Source: Eledone cirrhosa | Taxonomy: Eukaryota | Reading direction: 5' to 3' | DNA: 64,000 bases | NCBI GenBank assembly: GCA_964016885.1 | Contig: OZ024741.1 | Coordinates: 239,630,001 to 239,694,000, forward strand | Shown here: in pieces, positions 61,560 to 64,000 of the stretch | Numbering within the stretch: position 1 is the first letter of the stretch | How the letters are laid out: each line of letters begins with the position of its first letter | The notes under the pieces: generated by a model | Told to the model about the DNA's origin: nothing | The model's database searches: none | What the model saw: the letters and a program-made list of their open reading frames with translations, nothing else | Translations under genes and position numbers: made by a program

Positions 61560-64000
61560 ACTTGTCGAGTGCTTTTATATCAGTTATAAATATTTACTAG
61601 TTGTAACCCAACAATTTAAATATAACTTTCCATGTACCTTGCTCCATACTGTTGAGCGCTTTATATTATAACTGGAAAAATGGAATTCTTTAAGATTACT
61701 TCCTCTTTAAAAGACATACCTCTACCTAGAAACAAAGACTTTATAAAACAATTAATAGATAAATCTGACTCTTTTATAAGGAGAATCAGGTGGCGAGCAT
61801 TCCACTTTGATAAATCTAATATAAATGAAAATGTCTCGGACTTAAACAAAGTTTTCAAATCTAAAAGAAATCCACCCCCTAACAAACTTTTATCTGACTT
61901 TGAAAACGATATAATTTCTATCATACAAGGGGTCAAATTCAAGAGAAACTTCAAAGGCCAGGAATATCTGAAAGGCATTAAGGATAATATTGAGAGCTTA
62001 GAGAAAACTGAGAAGATCTTGGTGAAATCTGACAAGACCAACAACCTCTATGGGGTGCAGAAAGACATGTATAATGGCCTCATACTGAAGGAACTGAGGA
62101 AAAAGTACAAGGTAGCAGATAAGGCCGAGCTTGAGAAAATGAATGTCGAAGCATCTTGTATAATGCACGAGTTGGAAATTGAGAACAGAACACAACCTTT
62201 CGTGCCCAGGAAACCGAAGATCAATATGAAAGATCACAAGAGGAATTTTGAAAATGACTTGCCAGTTAGATTGATCGCACCATCAAAATCGGACCTGGGC
62301 AAATTAAGCAAAAACATTCTTGACAGGGTGATACAGCAAATTAAGAACTTGGATTGTTTATCTAACCTGAGCTTGTGGAAGGGAACTGGAGAGGTTGTTG
62401 AGTGGTTTAAGCAAATTAAATATAACAATAATAATAAGTTTATTCAACTTGATATTGCTAACTATTATTCTTCTATTACCCCTAATCTACTAAATAAGGC
62501 ACTAAATTACGCATTCAAACATACTGACCTAACTAGCAATGAAATGCATATTATATTATCGGCTAGGAAAACTTTGATAGAATTTAATGACCAACTATGG
62601 ACCAGAGCAGATAGAGATAGCAATTTTGACATTACTATGGGATCATCCGACTCAGCTCAGGTAACTGACCTTGTGGGCTTATTTTTAATCAATTCGCTAC
62701 ATAGGAAAATACCTGGTACTACTGGAGGTTTATATAGAGATGACATGCTTTTACTTATTGATAATAATAACTCTGAACTAAATAGAAAATGTAAACAAAT
62801 TACACAATTTTTTAATTACTTTAATCTTAAAATAGAAATTGAGAACAACCATAGAATAGTCAATTTCCTAGATATAACATTAAATCTCAACACATGTCTT
62901 CACTATCCTTTTCACAAGTTGAATGAAAACTTAAACTATGTCAACTTTAACTCTAACCACCCCCAGATCTGTCAAAAACACTATAGTAAACTCTGTTCAA
63001 AAATGTATTTCTAGGATCTCGTCGAATAGAAAGATTTTCGACGAAAAAGCCCAATACTACAATGAAGCATTAGCTAGAGCAGGATATGCTGATAAGATTA
63101 TGTACATAGATAATGATAGACAAACTAAACAAAATAACAACTATTTTAATTACGGCAACAACCTTAACAACTATAATAGAAAGCATTACAATAATTCCAA
63201 AGGCCAAAAAAGAAATAGAACTAGGAACATAATTTGGTTTGCCCCCCCCCCCCCCTTTCTCACTAAACATTAAAACCCACATCGCTAAACTATTTTTTAA
63301 AGCTCTTGATAATCGCTTCCCTAGAACACATAGGTATCACTCAATTTTCAATAGACATACTATAAAATTAACCTACTCATCCACCAAAAATTTAGCATAA
63401 ATAATATACAAGTTAACAAATGTAACTGTAGAGATAGATCTAAATGTCCGTTAGATAACAACTGCTTAGTTAAAAATATAGTATACAATTGTAATGTTAA
63501 AACTGACTCTAATTCTTTTAACTACGTCGGTTCCACATCGACGGAATTTAAACTTCGCTATAATAACCACAAGAATTCTTTCACAGATCCAAGCAAAAAA
63601 TCTTCAACGGCACTATCAGGCGTACTCTGGCAACTTAAGCTAGATAACGTTAGATATTCGACGGCTTGGAATATAGTCTCAAGAGGGATTCCTTTTAATT
63701 CATCCTCTGAGACATGTGACCTCTGCGCAGAGGAGATATTCTTTATACTAAAATCTAAAAATTCCCTTAATCTACGGACAAATTTATTCAGTTGCTGCAA
63801 ACATAGATTAAACTCAACGTTTAAATATAAATTTAAATTTAAAATGTAGTATATTTAGTTTGATTTATAATTATATGGGAAACTAGCCGATAAATCTTTC
63901 GATTTCTTCTTTTTATTCTTTTTATTTTTTTATTTTTATTTTTATTTAAACATTCTTCATGAAAAATTAAGCTACCCTAAAAGTTGATGCTCCAAATATT
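61560..64000 (+). mobile_element. Penelope-like retroelement (RT plus GIY-YIG endonuclease), lightly disrupted
   Basis: 444-aa ORF 61680-63014 (RRIRWRAFHF, KSDKTNN, VRLIAP, LDIANYYSSI, TMGSSDSAQV, YRDD, NFLDITL); after frameshifts CNCRDRSKCPLDNNCLVKNIVY..YVGSTSTEFKLRYNNHKNSF. Confidence 0.9.

Overview
AT-rich animal genomic DNA, most consistent with a coleoid cephalopod (Octopus-like), inferred from the protocadherin type, repeats and microsatellites. The left ~44 kb is a head-to-tail tandem cluster of protocadherin genes on the minus strand: five apparently intact genes (large exons at 423-2774, 8710-11061, 15302-17656, 23600-25951, 31711-34053) and a sixth broken copy (37.8-43.7 kb). Each gene has a non-coding 5' exon, one large exon (signal peptide, 6 cadherin repeats, TM, juxtamembrane) and, for genes 2-5, its own two small cytoplasmic exons, which I reconstructed by hand from GT-AG sites and phase. 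The paralogs are near-identical in EC4-EC6/TM/tail and the 5' exon but differ in patchwork blocks in EC2-EC3. Other notable points: a tail carrying both YEEIP and RQLPSTP (Src SH2- and SH3-type ligands), a degenerate EC3-EC4 calcium site, a shared promoter-proximal motif triplicated in gene 5, and a ~140-bp intronic palindrome beside a splice acceptor. The right ~20 kb is decayed transposons (RTE, CRE-like and Penelope-like retroelements, mariner, MITEs, SINEs). All alignments were done by eye; TE boundaries and transcription starts are approximate.
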